From assembly GCA_963789405.1 (NCBI GenBank), contig CAWBKL010000005.1, positions 455,976-519,975 on the forward strand: 64,000 bases of DNA, written 5' to 3'. How positions within the stretch are numbered: the first letter of the stretch is position 1; every line of letters starts with the position of its first letter. The stretch is from an uncultured Alphaproteobacteria bacterium (GTDB taxonomy: Bacteria; Pseudomonadota; Alphaproteobacteria; CAWBKL01). The position numbers were made by a program, and so were the translations under genes. Below the pieces are notes generated by a model that had not been told where the DNA came from, searched no databases, and saw nothing but the letters and a program-made list of their open reading frames with translations. This document shows, one piece after another, positions 10,703-20,927 of this stretch.

Positions 10703-10729
10703 CAAGGGCTATCAGCGCGCGCTCTTGGT

Positions 10730-12925
10730 TTAGCCCATCAGCTTGGGCAGGAAGGCTTCATGCGCGGCGCGTAAATCGGCAAGCGAGACGCGGGCGCCGC
10801 CTTCAATGATGATATCGACGCCGCCGACAATGCCGATGCGCTCGGCGGGAACGCCAGCAGCTTCCGCCATCGCTCGAATGCGCGCAGTTGAATGCGGCGA
10901 GCAGGCGATGACATAGCGCCCTTGATCTTCGCCGAACCAATAGGAGGGCTCGGTGCCGGTGGTGATCTCGGTGTCGAGCAGGCATCCGATATTCGAGGCC
11001 AGCGCCATCTCGCCAATCGCAACCAGCAAGCCGCCATCGGAAACATCATGCGCGAAGGAGATCTCGCCTGAAGTGATCAGCTTGCGGACGAAATCGCCAT
11101 TGCGCTTTTCTTCGGCGAGATCGACCGGCGGCGGCGGGCCATGCTCGATGCCTTTGAAGTGACGCAGCAGCAAGGATTGTGCGAGATGGCCGCGCGTCTC
11201 GCCGATCACCACAATGTCGTTGCCGACCTGGCCGAAGCCGACGCGCGCGAAATGCGCAAGATCCTTGAGCAGGCCGACCGCGCCAATCGCCGGCGTCGGC
11301 AGGATCGCTCTGCCTTGCGTTTCGTTGTAGAGCGAGACATTGCCCGAGACGACGGGAAACCCAAGCGCGCGGCAAGCTTCCGCCATGCCCTCGATCGCGG
11401 CGCCGAACTGACCCATGATCTCGGGCCGTTCGGGGTTGCCGAAATTCATGCAGTCGGTCACGGCCAGCGGCGTTGCGCCGACCGCGGTGATATTGCGCCA
11501 CGCTTCGGCAATCGCCTGCTTGCCGCCTTCGAAGGCGTCGGCTTGGACATAGCGCGGCGTGCAATCGGTGGTGATGGCGAGCGCCTTGTTGGTGCCATGC
11601 ACGCGCACAAGCGCGGCGTCCGCGCCGGGCGAGCTCACCGTATCGCCCATGACGGTTGCGTCATATTGATCGGTGATCCAGCGCTTGGAGCAGAGATCGG
11701 CGGTGCCCATGAGCGCGATCAACGCTTCGCCGACATCGCAGTGAATCCATTCCTCTTGCTTGGTCAGCGGCGCGGGCCGCGCGGGCCGCGCGAACGGCCG
11801 CTCATAAACCGGCGAATTGTCTGCAAGCGCAGGCAGGGGGATATCGGCGACCGTCTCGCCCTGATGCTTCAAGACGATATGATTGGTGTCTGTGATCTTG
11901 CCGATCACGGCGACATCCAGGCCCCACTTCTTGAAGATGCGCTCGGCGACATGCGTCTTCTCGGGCTTCAAGACCATGAGCATGCGCTCTTGGCTTTCCG
12001 AGAGCATCATCTCATAGGCGGTCATGTGCGTTTCGCGCTGCGGCACGTGATCGAGATCAAGTTCGATGCCGACGCCGCCTTTGGCCGCCATCTCGACCGA
12101 AGAAGATGTGAGGCCCGCCGCGCCCATGTCTTGAATTGCGATAATCGCATCCTCGGCCATTAGCTCAAGGCACGCCTCGATGAGCAATTTCTCCGTAAAC
12201 GGATCACCCACTTGGACCGTCGGGCGCTTCTCCTCAGAGTTTTCGTCAAACTCGGCGGAAGCCATGGTCGCGCCATGGATGCCGTCGCGCCCGGTCTTGG
12301 AGCCGACATAGACGACCGGATTGCCGACACCTGCTGCGGCCGAATAGAAAATCTTGTCCTTGTCGATGAGGCCGACCGTCATCGCATTGACGAGAATATT
12401 GCCGTTATAGCTTGGATGAAAATTGACTTCGCCGCCGACAGTCGGCACGCCGACGCAATTGCCATAGCCGCCAATGCCGGCAACGACACCCGCCACGAGG
12501 TGGCGCGTCTTCTCATGATCGGGCGCGCCGAATCTGAGCGCATTCATATTGGCGATCGGCCGCGCGCCCATGGTGAAGACATCGCGCAAAATGCCGCCAA
12601 CGCCGGTGGCCGCACCTTGATAGGGCTCGATGAAGCTCGGGTGGTTGTGGCTTTCCATCTTGAAGACGGCAGCCTGGCCATCGCCGATATCGACAATGCC
12701 TGCATTCTCACCCGGACCCTGGATGACTTGCGGGCCCGTCGTCGGCAATTTCTTGAGCCACACTTTGGAAGATTTGTAGGAGCAGTGCTCGCTCCACATC
12801 ACCGAGAAAATGCCAAGCTCGGTCAGATTCGGCGCTCTATTCAGTGCACGGACGATGATCTGATATTCATCTTGGCTGAGACCATGATCTTTGATCAGCT
12901 CCAGCGTTATCTGAGTCATAACCAT
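10730..12925 (-). CDS. purL: phosphoribosylformylglycinamidine synthase subunit PurL
   Basis: 731 aa; [52 protein letters not shown]... Confidence 0.95.
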   Translation of the reverse strand: MVMTQITLELIKDHGLSQDEYQIIVRALNRAPNLTELGIFSVMWSEHCSYKSSKVWLKKLPTTGPQVIQGPGENAGIVDIGDGQAAVFKMESHNHPSFIEPYQGAATGVGGILRDVFTMGARPIANMNALRFGAPDHEKTRHLVAGVVAGIGGYGNCVGVPTVGGEVNFHPSYNGNILVNAMTVGLIDKDKIFYSAAAGVGNPVVYVGSKTGRDGIHGATMASAEFDENSEEKRPTVQVGDPFTEKLLIEACLELMAEDAIIAIQDMGAAGLTSSSVEMAAKGGVGIELDLDHVPQRETHMTAYEMMLSESQERMLMVLKPEKTHVAERIFKKWGLDVAVIGKITDTNHIVLKHQGETVADIPLPALADNSPVYERPFARPARPAPLTKQEEWIHCDVGEALIALMGTADLCSKRWITDQYDATVMGDTVSSPGADAALVRVHGTNKALAITTDCTPRYVQADAFEGGKQAIAEAWRNITAVGATPLAVTDCMNFGNPERPEIMGQFGAAIEGMAEACRALGFPVVSGNVSLYNETQGRAILPTPAIGAVGLLKDLAHFARVGFGQVGNDIVVIGETRGHLAQSLLLRHFKGIEHGPPPPVDLAEEKRNGDFVRKLITSGEISFAHDVSDGGLLVAIGEMALASNIGCLLDTEITTGTEPSYWFGEDQGRYVIACSPHSTARIRAMAEAAGVPAERIGIVGGVDIIIEGGARVSLADLRAAHEAFLPKLMG

Positions 12926-12940
12926 ACTTGGCCGCCTTTC

Positions 12941-13055
12941 TCCCCCTGTTTACGGGGGGAGTGGATGCGAAGCGGCCGAGGGGGACAGTTGCGGTGTGAC
13001 CAGCCCCCTCCATCACCTGCGGTGACACCTTCCCCGTAAACGGGGGAGGAAAGAA
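12941..13055. repeat. nested inverted-repeat structure in the purQ-purL spacer
   Basis: ctttctccccctgtttacggggggag (12944-12969) is inverted-complementary to ccttccccgtaaacgggggaggaaag (13028-13053). Each arm is itself a hairpin (ccccc-tgtttac-ggggg). A central gaggggg...ccccctc pair lies between them. Confidence 0.6.
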
Positions 13056-13067
13056 GTCGGTTCAAGC

Positions 13068-13733
13068 TCATGCCAGCGCCTCGACAGCGCTCTTGAAAAA
13101 GGCCTGTCCATCCTCGGAGCCGAGTAGAGTTTCAATCGCGCGCTCGGGATGCGGCATGAGGCCGACGACATTGCCGCGGTCATTGCGTATGCCGGCGATC
13201 GCGCGCTGTGAGCCATTCGGGTTGTCGCCGTGATAACGGAACACCACGCGGCCCTCCTGCTCCAGCCGGTCGAGCGTGCCGGTATCGGCGAAATAATTGC
13301 CGTCGCCATGCGCAACCGGAAAGCGCACGATCTGACCCGAGCGATAGCGCGACGTATAGGGCGTGTCGGTGGCGATCACTTCAAGCTCGACAAAGCGGTG
13401 GACGAATTTAAGCCCCGCGTTGCGCATCAGCGCGCCGGGCAGGAGATGCGCCTCGGTCAATGCCTGAAAACCGTTGCAGACGCCGAGCACATGCGTGCCC
13501 GCGTCGGCACGGCTTTTAACCTCGCGCATCACCGGTGAATGCGCGGCCATCGCGCCCGAGCGCAGATAATCGCCATAAGAAAACCCGCCCGGCAGAACGA
13601 TAAGGTCGAGCTTGGGCAGCTCGGTCTCGGCATGCCAGATCATTGCGGGCGCATTGCCCGAAATCTTCTCCAACGCAACGGCGATATCGCGGTCGCAGTT
13701 GGAACCGGGAAAAACGATGACTGCGGATTTCAT
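13068..13733 (-). CDS. purQ: phosphoribosylformylglycinamidine synthase glutaminase subunit PurQ
   Basis: [21 protein letters not shown]...[10 protein letters not shown]...MPHPER; start ATG checked at 13733. Confidence 0.95.
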   Translation of the reverse strand: MKSAVIVFPGSNCDRDIAVALEKISGNAPAMIWHAETELPKLDLIVLPGGFSYGDYLRSGAMAAHSPVMREVKSRADAGTHVLGVCNGFQALTEAHLLPGALMRNAGLKFVHRFVELEVIATDTPYTSRYRSGQIVRFPVAHGDGNYFADTGTLDRLEQEGRVVFRYHGDNPNGSQRAIAGIRNDRGNVVGLMPHPERAIETLLGSEDGQAFFKSAVEALA

Positions 13734-13809
13734 GGTCGGGCGGCTCGTCGAATGAAATGGCGATTCGGCCCTTCGCCTCGCCACTCCTAACAGGATAGGT
13801 CGCGCGCGC

Positions 13810-15594
13810 CTAGGCGCCAGATGCCTCAGTCTTGGGCGGCCGCTGCAACAATCCACGTGTTCCGCCGGATGTGAGCAGCGCGATCTCGGCGAGCACGATC
13901 GGCATCGACCAGGAACCTGGCGCCGCGAGATAGCGCGGCTCCCATTGGGGGCCGAACTTTTCCTTGAAGCGCCTGAGCCCCTCGAAATTGTAGAACGCGC
14001 CGCCTTCCTCATAGAGGAGGCGCCCGAGCTTTTGAAACAAGGGCGCATGTCGCTCGGTGGCAAGCCCCGAAAGCGGCGCCATGCCGAGATCGAACTTTTG
14101 ATAGCCCTCGCGCTGCGCCCACAGAATGATCTCGCAAATGAGGAAATCCATCATACCGGGCGGCGAACGCGCTGGATCGTAACGCATGAGATCGATCGAG
14201 GCATAGTGCTTGTCCGGCGTCGTCAGGATATTGGCGAAGGCAATTGGTGCGCCGCCCATGCGCACAACGGCAAGCGGGAAATTCGCGAGATAAGCAGGAT
14301 CGAATCGGCCGAGCGAAAAGGCCTTCTCGCCGCCCGATTGCTTTGCCAGCCATGCCGCCGAGACAGGCTCAAGCGATTCGATGGTTTGCGCGGCGATCGG
14401 CGGATAAAGGATCTGCAGAATCGCGCCTTCGCGCTCGGCAATGCGGCGGCGGGCCGTGCGCAGATCCTGCCGATCCTTGCCGACGAGATTGAACGCATGA
14501 AGATCGACCACTGCGTTCTCGCCGATCTTCTCCATCCGAAAGCCGATCTCGATCAGCTCCGGCAGGAGATCAGGCGGCGCTGCATAGACCACCGGCCTGA
14601 GGCTGCCGCGCTCGGCGTAGGTGCGAAACGCCGAAAGCGTGCTGCGCCAAGCGGCATGTGCGCCGATCGGCCCACCCATGGCGACAAGGCTGGAGCCTGC
14701 GCGCGCAGCCATCATGAAGGCGCGCTTGTCCTCGCCGAAGATGAAGCTCTTATCACCCAGAAGCGCGAGCTGAATGTCGGGCCGCGCCTCCTCGGCGCTT
14801 TGCAGGAGCGCACGGGCTTGATCGTGCTCGTCTTGCGACGGCGCCAGCGGAGAGTGGCGCGACGGCGCGATCAGCGCATGCCATAAGGCCAAGACGCCCA
14901 AAACAGTCAGGCCAACCACGATTACGCGGCCGGGCCGGCCGATATGCGGACCGGTGATCAGTTTCCACCAGGGCGCATCGGCAAAGCCGGGCCGCTCAGA
15001 GGCCCACAGCACCCCGCCAATGGCAGCAATCATGAGAACTGCGGCGATTGCGAGATAGAGTGGCGGTGAGGGCGCGAGCGCCGCAAGCCCGGCCTTGCGG
15101 TAGAAGGCGTGCCGCACGGTGATCAGATAGACGATACCGAGCGTGCAGATAATCCCAGCCGGCACATGCTCCTTGCGTATGAAGGCGTAGAGCGCGAAGA
15201 AGCCTAGAAGCGCAATCGCGGCGATGAGCGCCGTATCAAGCCGGCGCCTTAGGCCAAAGGCGAGCGCCATCAGCGCAACGCCGGCAATGCTCGCTGCAAG
15301 CTCCGGCCATTCGCCGATAACGAGCTCAAGCGCATGAAAGCCTGGAATGCGCGGCACATTGGGCGTTGCCACATCGATCAGCGCCAGCGCGCCAATGACA
15401 AAGGCGACAATGCCTGCCAGCGAAGGCGCGCTGTCGAACGCGAAATCAAGGCCGCGCGCTACGAGGCGCCTTGGATTCTTGGAAAGCCTGGCCGGCCTTT
15501 GTGCCACCTTGGGGCCCGATGAAAATCGGCGTGGGGTTAGGATATCTCGACGGAATAGGTCTCGATTACAGTGTTGGCAAGAAGCTGCTTGCAC
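13810..15594 (-). CDS. MprF-like membrane protein: N-terminal TM helices plus C-terminal DUF2156 (lysyl/aminoacyl-phosphatidylglycerol synthase-type domain). Start uncertain; the annotated ORF start overlaps purS.
   Basis: About 6 predicted TM helices, then ...[44 protein letters not shown]...[29 protein letters not shown], characteristic of the MprF C-terminal domain. Confidence 0.65.
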   Translation of the reverse strand: MQAASCQHCNRDLFRRDILTPRRFSSGPKVAQRPARLSKNPRRLVARGLDFAFDSAPSLAGIVAFVIGALALIDVATPNVPRIPGFHALELVIGEWPELAASIAGVALMALAFGLRRRLDTALIAAIALLGFFALYAFIRKEHVPAGIICTLGIVYLITVRHAFYRKAGLAALAPSPPLYLAIAAVLMIAAIGGVLWASERPGFADAPWWKLITGPHIGRPGRVIVVGLTVLGVLALWHALIAPSRHSPLAPSQDEHDQARALLQSAEEARPDIQLALLGDKSFIFGEDKRAFMMAARAGSSLVAMGGPIGAHAAWRSTLSAFRTYAERGSLRPVVYAAPPDLLPELIEIGFRMEKIGENAVVDLHAFNLVGKDRQDLRTARRRIAEREGAILQILYPPIAAQTIESLEPVSAAWLAKQSGGEKAFSLGRFDPAYLANFPLAVVRMGGAPIAFANILTTPDKHYASIDLMRYDPARSPPGMMDFLICEIILWAQREGYQKFDLGMAPLSGLATERHAPLFQKLGRLLYEEGGAFYNFEGLRRFKEKFGPQWEPRYLAAPGSWSMPIVLAEIALLTSGGTRGLLQRPPKTEASGA

Positions 15595-15776
15595 ATGTCG
15601 GCGACGCGCGCTTCGGCCTTGGCGCGGTCCGTCTCATTGAGCTCGATCTCAATCACCTTGCCCTGGCGCACATCGCTGACCGAAGCGAAGCCGAGCGAGT
15701 GCAGAGCATTACCGATCGCCTTGCCTTGCGGGTCGAGCACGCCCGCTTTGAGCATGACGTGCACGCGCGCTTTCAT
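15537..15776 (-). CDS. purS: phosphoribosylformylglycinamidine synthase subunit PurS
   Basis: 79 aa; MKARVHVMLKAGVLDPQGKAIGNALHSLGF...[38 protein letters not shown]. Confidence 0.9.
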   Translation of the reverse strand: MKARVHVMLKAGVLDPQGKAIGNALHSLGFASVSDVRQGKVIEIELNETDRAKAEARVADMCKQLLANTVIETYSVEIS

Positions 15777-15793
15777 ATGCAAGGCTCCTGAAT

Positions 15794-15982
15794 TTAACGA
15801 TAGGCGATAACGGCAAGGACAATGCACGCCAGAATCGCGGTGACAATCAAGCCGAAGAAGAAAGTCTGCACGGCTCTTATGATCCCGCTCGGCTCGGTTT
15901 GTCGATGAGCCTTCTCGTCCGCCGGCGCGATGACATCGAGGGGCAAAACCTCTCCGCTCGTGCCGGGGTCTTCCGGTCTCAT
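15794..15982 (-). CDS. small hypothetical membrane protein between purC and purS
   Basis: 62 aa ORF with one hydrophobic helix ([21 protein letters not shown]). The position in the operon is its only support. Confidence 0.3.
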   Translation of the reverse strand: MRPEDPGTSGEVLPLDVIAPADEKAHRQTEPSGIIRAVQTFFFGLIVTAILACIVLAVIAYR

Positions 15983-15989
15983 TTGACGA

Positions 15990-16760
15990 GCACGGGCCCG
16001 CGCGGTGCGGAAGGCGAGACTTCCGGCAGAATCCCGAAACGCCGCGCCACTTCCTGATAAGCATCGGTCAAGCCGCCGAGATCCTGGCGGAAACGGTCCT
16101 TATCAAGCTTCTCGCGCGTCTTGGCATCCCACAGCCGGCAGCTATCGGGGCTGATCTCATCGGCGAGCAGGATACGCGTTCATGATCGGTCTCCCAGATC
16201 CGGCCGAGCTCGATCTTGAAGTCGACGAGCAGAATGCCGATGCCGGTGAAGAGGCCGGACAAGAAGTCGTTCACCCGGATGGCGATTGCCATCATGTCGT
16301 CGATCTCTTGCGGCGTCGCCCAGCCCATTGCGGTGATATGCTCTTCAGAGACCAACGGGTCTCCCAGCGCATCGTTCTTGTAATAGAACTCGATGATTGA
16401 GCGCGGCAGAGCCGCGCCCTCTTCAAGGCCGATCCGCTTAACGAGCGAGCCCGCGCAGATATTGCGCACGACAACCTCGACCGGAATGATCTCAACCTCG
16501 CGAATGAGTTGCTCGCGCATGTTCAGCCGGCGAATGAAATGCGTCGGCACCCCAATGCCGTTGAGCCGCTCCATCATGTATTCGCTGATGCGATTGTTGA
16601 GCACGCCTTTGCCGTCAAATACCGCGTGCTTTTGGTTGTTGAAGGCGGTTGCGTCGTCCTTGAAATACTGCACCAGAGTGCCCGGTTCCGGACCCTCATA
16701 GAGGACCTTTGCCTTGCCCTCATAAACCAGTCTTCTGCGTCCGTTCATGGATCTTGCCAC
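15990..16760 (-). CDS. purC: phosphoribosylaminoimidazole-succinocarboxamide synthase; 1-nt frameshift ~16175
   Basis: [59 protein letters not shown]...[19 protein letters not shown] then [49 protein letters not shown] in the adjacent frame. Confidence 0.9.
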
Positions 16761-17046
16761 GCCTCAAAGTTCCTTAAATTCCAATACGTTATCCGTAGGG
16801 CCGAGGCCGAACCCGAAGCTTTCGGTGCTCACCCTCCACCACCCAAATCGCACATCCTCGCGAAGCAGGAGACAGTACCCCGAACGGTAGCCCAAAGGGG
16901 CCCTCTCGGCAATTGGCATCTCCTTTGCCGCGGCCCTCCGCCATTTTCGACTTGCCCCCATGAGCCCGAACCCCAAATGGTTTAGCATCATGTGATCCCG
17001 CGCTGTTCCGGCTTCAAGGCCGGCACCGGAGAAACCATCAAGGAGC

Positions 17047-17382
17047 TTGCCTATGGGTGTTTTTGACGATCGCGAAAAAGCTCAGGAAAACAAATACTTC
17101 CACGATGCGGAGCTGAAGTTTCGAGCGATTTCGCGTCGCAACAAGCTATTTGGCCAATGGGCGGCCAGAGAGCTCTCGGTTTCCGCGAGTGATGTCGATA
17201 ATTATGTACTAGAAGTTGTGCGCTCCGACTTCCAAGAGGCGGGTGACGCCGACGTGATCCGAAAGGTCATGGGCGACTTCAAAGCCAAGGGTAAGACGGT
17301 GAGCGAAGCCGACCTCAAGGCCAAACTCGAAGCAACGATGCTCGAGGCGATCAAGCAGCTCGAAGCCGAAGACAAGAAATAG
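17047..17382 (+). CDS. DUF1476 protein (alphaproteobacterial F1-ATPase inhibitor zeta-subunit family)
   Basis: 111 aa; MGVFDDREKAQENKYFHDAELKFRAISRRNKLFGQWAA... matches the zeta-subunit/DUF1476 family, which is commonly adjacent to purC in alphaproteobacteria. Confidence 0.7.
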   Translation: MPMGVFDDREKAQENKYFHDAELKFRAISRRNKLFGQWAARELSVSASDVDNYVLEVVRSDFQEAGDADVIRKVMGDFKAKGKTVSEADLKAKLEATMLEAIKQLEAEDKK

Positions 17383-17389
17383 CGCGCAC

Positions 17390-18412
17390 GTGACGGCAGC
17401 ATCGCCCGCGCGGCCCGTCTCTTCGCCAATTCCCTATTGGCCTTGGGGCTATATCGCCACCGGCACCATAGCTGTGACGGCTGCCTTGGCGGCGCCGCTC
17501 GCCGCCTACGTGTTCATGATCGCTCTGTTCGGCCTACCGCATGTGTTGAGCGAGCTGCGTTACATCGATGAGCGCTTCTCGGCACGCGCGCCACGGCGGG
17601 CGCTCTTAGCGATCTGCTCAATCCTTTCGGTGCTTGCCGGCCTTCGGATCGCCGAGGGGTTCGGGCTCGTCGCAGGTTCCATCGCTGTGCCGATGGAGTT
17701 GAGCCTCGGCGTTGCGCTTACGGCGAGCGCAACCTGGTGCATGCCGAAGCGATATGTGCTGGGCGCATTGGCTGGTGTGGTGATCACTTGCGGCGCCATC
17801 TTCGTGCCGATCACGACATTTCTGATCTTCGCGTGGCTTCACAATCTCACCCCACTTGCCTTCGTCAGCGAGATCTTGCCGAGGCGCGAGCGAATGCGGG
17901 CTCTTGTGACGTTGTCCGTCCCGTTCATCGCTTTGCCGGCGCTGGTTGCCAGCGGCGTGCTGCAAGATCTCGTACACAATCTGTTCGGCTATGCGGTTGC
18001 GAACGGGCCATCTTTGTTCGGCGCGGGTCACTCGCCAACTGGCGCGTTCCTTGCCGGCAATTTGCCGTTCCCAGATGCTGTGACGTTGTTCTCGGCGGCG
18101 CTGGTCGCGCAAGCCATGCACTACTTCTCGGTGATTGTGGTGATGCCGCGCCTTTTGCAGCGCAATGGCAAAGCGAGGGGGGCAAGTCTCGTCCGGTGGC
18201 CGAGCTGGCAGCGCTTCTATATCGCAATTGGCCTGTTCGGCGTGACCATGCTCGCTTTCAATGCGGTCAGTTATCAAAATGCACGCATGGTCTACAGCAC
18301 ATTTGCGGCGATCCATTCCTGGCTCGAATTGCCGATCTTCCTGATCGCTCTCGGTTTCGGCTTCAGCGAAACCCCTGCAATAGGAAGCCGGCCAGCCACG
18401 ATACGAAATTGA
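17390..18412 (+). CDS. hypothetical polytopic membrane protein
   Basis: 340 aa with about 8 hydrophobic segments. No recognisable motif. Confidence 0.45.
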   Translation: MTAASPARPVSSPIPYWPWGYIATGTIAVTAALAAPLAAYVFMIALFGLPHVLSELRYIDERFSARAPRRALLAICSILSVLAGLRIAEGFGLVAGSIAVPMELSLGVALTASATWCMPKRYVLGALAGVVITCGAIFVPITTFLIFAWLHNLTPLAFVSEILPRRERMRALVTLSVPFIALPALVASGVLQDLVHNLFGYAVANGPSLFGAGHSPTGAFLAGNLPFPDAVTLFSAALVAQAMHYFSVIVVMPRLLQRNGKARGASLVRWPSWQRFYIAIGLFGVTMLAFNAVSYQNARMVYSTFAAIHSWLELPIFLIALGFGFSETPAIGSRPATIRN

Positions 18413-18704
18413 CGATCGCCGAGAGCAAGAGCGCACTGCGCCAGCTCCTGGTGGCGATCAGTCTGTAGACAATACTCTCGAACAGCACGACGACGATCTC
18501 AAGCAGGGGCACGGTCATCGGCCCAAGCCGTGGATAGAGCGCGAGTGCGCTTGGCCAGAAGATCGGGTGCGAGATGGCGCTGCCGATCACGGCTGCGGCC
18601 GCGGCGCGCCATGATTTCACCCTAAAGCGAGGCGCCAATAGTGCGGCGGCTGCACCTTCGATCAGGAGTGTGAGCGCGAAGGCCGCGGCTTGCGTCAGGA
18701 CCAT
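18363..18704 (-). CDS. hypothetical small membrane protein
   Basis: 113 aa with 3 hydrophobic segments. Convergent with the preceding gene, overlapping it by 50 bp. Could be spurious. Confidence 0.25.
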   Translation of the reverse strand: MVLTQAAAFALTLLIEGAAAALLAPRFRVKSWRAAAAAVIGSAISHPIFWPSALALYPRLGPMTVPLLEIVVVLFESIVYRLIATRSWRSALLLSAIVNFVSWLAGFLLQGFR

Positions 18705-18721
18705 CGCAGCCGCGCGAAGGA

Positions 18722-19072
18722 ATGGAGACTCACATGATCAGGAGTGATCTCAGGCTCATCATTGCATTCGCGCTTGTGCTGCTCGTACCAGCAGTGAGCC
18801 AGGCCAATATGGCGCCGCCGCAAGGCTATCGCACCGGAATTGCCGTTGAGACAACGGAGGCGGGCCCGCGCGTGATCTCGATCGCCAAGGGCTCCGCCGC
18901 CGAGCGCGCAGGGCTCAAGACCGGCGACATCATACTCGGCATCGATGGGCGCTATGCGAAAACCCTTTCGGGCGGCGAACTCGATGCGTTCACGGGCGAA
19001 ATGCATTCCTGGCCGATCAAGCTCATCATTGCGCGCGATGATCAAGTGTTGAGCCTGCGCCTCGCCAGCTAA
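18722..19072 (+). CDS. periplasmic PDZ-domain protein
   Basis: Signal peptide (LIIAFALVLLVPAVSQA) then a PDZ-like GIAVETTEAGPRVISIAKGSAAERAGLKTGDIILGIDGRY. Confidence 0.55.
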   Translation: METHMIRSDLRLIIAFALVLLVPAVSQANMAPPQGYRTGIAVETTEAGPRVISIAKGSAAERAGLKTGDIILGIDGRYAKTLSGGELDAFTGEMHSWPIKLIIARDDQVLSLRLAS

Positions 19073-19770
19073 GGCGTGCCCGCGCTCGGGATGATGCCGT
19101 CCGGCATGCTCACACGCTCCGCCGTGACATTTCCGTCAATGCCCATGAAAGCGTAAAAGTCGACCTTATAAACCAGCTCACTTGCCGAGACGGCGCGCGC
19201 CATCGGTATCTGCCAAGTGACGGTCGAGCCGTTGACTTGCGGCGCGATCTGCTCATCGCCGATAACCAACGGGTAGGCTTTGCCGATCCAGCCCGGCAGA
19301 GAGACCTTGAACGTGTAAGTGCGGTCCGCAAACACCGTGCGCATCATGGTGGCGGAGCTTGAATTGGCGCCCGCATTTTCAACTGTGCGCGTGAGCGTCA
19401 GATCTTTCGGCCCGACGCCGAACAGCTCAGCGCCGTTGCTGACGATCGAGAGCGTCTCATTAGGCAATCTGAGCTCGGAGAGCGAGTTGAAGGTCACGCG
19501 CTCTTTCTGAACATACTGCCCGTTCTTGACCGTGCGCGTGACTTCGACCGGCGCCTTCTGTGCCCCGAGGATCGTTTCGTTCTGGAGCGCGTCCTTGAAG
19601 GCCGGATCGATGCGTAGCGTAACTTGGAACGCGCCTGCGCCCGAGCCCTTGATCGTCAAATCCTGTTCAAGATCGAAGCAGCCGGCAAGCGTGAGGCAAG
19701 CGAGCGCCGCAACTAGCCTCAAGCCGATGCCGCGGGCGCCGCGTGCAAATTTCGAGTGCAGCATGATCAT
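19069..19770 (-). CDS. hypothetical lipoprotein (LAGC lipobox)
   Basis: 233 aa; ...AALACLTLAGCFDLEQ; no known domain. Confidence 0.45.
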   Translation of the reverse strand: MIMLHSKFARGARGIGLRLVAALACLTLAGCFDLEQDLTIKGSGAGAFQVTLRIDPAFKDALQNETILGAQKAPVEVTRTVKNGQYVQKERVTFNSLSELRLPNETLSIVSNGAELFGVGPKDLTLTRTVENAGANSSSATMMRTVFADRTYTFKVSLPGWIGKAYPLVIGDEQIAPQVNGSTVTWQIPMARAVSASELVYKVDFYAFMGIDGNVTAERVSMPDGIIPSAGTP

Positions 19771-19820
19771 CCCCCCAACAATCCCGCGCGTAGGTTAGCT
19801 GGCCGGGGCGCGCACGTCAC

Positions 19821-20774
19821 CTACCGGGGCAGAATTCCGCGAAAACGGTCGGTTGCCGAGACGAGCTCCTTGACGATCCCCGGCTCAAACGCGGAGTGGC
19901 CGGCATCGGGAACGATGCGCAGCTCGGCCTCCGGCCAAGCCTTGTGAAGCGCGAAAGCGGTAACCGGTGGGCAGATGACATCATAGCGCCCCTGCACGAT
20001 CACGCCGGGAATGGCCTTCAGCTTGCCGGCATTTTCGATGAGGAAGTTGTCGCTGGTGAAGAAGCCGCGATTGACGAAGTAATGACACTCGATGCGCGCA
20101 AAGGCCTCGGCGAAGGCATTCTCATCGTGATGCGCTTTGAGCCGTGGATCGGGCAGGAGCTTTGAAGTGGACGCCTCCCATACCGACCAGGCGCGTGCGG
20201 CGCGGCGGCGAATTTGAGGATCGTCCGATGTCAGGCGCTTGTGATAGGCAGAGATAAGATCGCCGCGCTCGGCAACAGGAATCGGCTCGACAAAACCTTC
20301 GAACGCATCCGGATAGATGTCCGAGCAGCCGCGCTGATAGAACCATTGAAGCTCTTGGTGGCGCACGAGAAATATGCCGCGCAATGTAAGCGATGCGACG
20401 CGCTCGCTATGGGTTATCGCGTAGGCGAGCCCAAGCGTTGAGCCCCACGATCCGCCGAATACATGCCAGCGCTCGACACCGAGCCGTTCGCGCAAGCGTT
20501 CCATGTCCGCGACCAGATCCCAGGTCGTATTTTCACGCAGCTCGGCGTGCGGCGTCGATTTTCCGCAGCCGCGCTGATCGAACAGGATGATCCGATATGC
20601 AGACGGGTCGAAAAAGCGCCGATGCGCACCCTCGGTGCCGCCGCCCGGCCCGCCATGCACGAAAAGTACCGGCTCGCCTTCGCGGTTTCCCGATTGCTCC
20701 CAATAGATCGTGTGAAGATCCGAGACCTTGAGATTGCCGGTCTCGAACGGATCGATTGCAGGATAAAGCGGCAT
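19821..20774 (-). CDS. proline iminopeptidase (alpha/beta hydrolase)
   Basis: HGGPGGG oxyanion motif and GGSWGS nucleophile elbow; 317 aa, typical of Pip. Confidence 0.85.
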   Translation of the reverse strand: MPLYPAIDPFETGNLKVSDLHTIYWEQSGNREGEPVLFVHGGPGGGTEGAHRRFFDPSAYRIILFDQRGCGKSTPHAELRENTTWDLVADMERLRERLGVERWHVFGGSWGSTLGLAYAITHSERVASLTLRGIFLVRHQELQWFYQRGCSDIYPDAFEGFVEPIPVAERGDLISAYHKRLTSDDPQIRRRAARAWSVWEASTSKLLPDPRLKAHHDENAFAEAFARIECHYFVNRGFFTSDNFLIENAGKLKAIPGVIVQGRYDVICPPVTAFALHKAWPEAELRIVPDAGHSAFEPGIVKELVSATDRFRGILPR

Positions 20775-20927
20775 TACAAATCCAAATCATGAAGCCCGAT
20801 TGATTAGCGTCTCGCGCGCCCACACCTGACCGATATAGACATTGCGAAGCGCTATGGGAACGCCGATCTCACGCCTTTTGTGGGCGCTGCACCGCTAAAG
20901 GAGCTGCGGCCCTCTCAGCTGGGCGAT

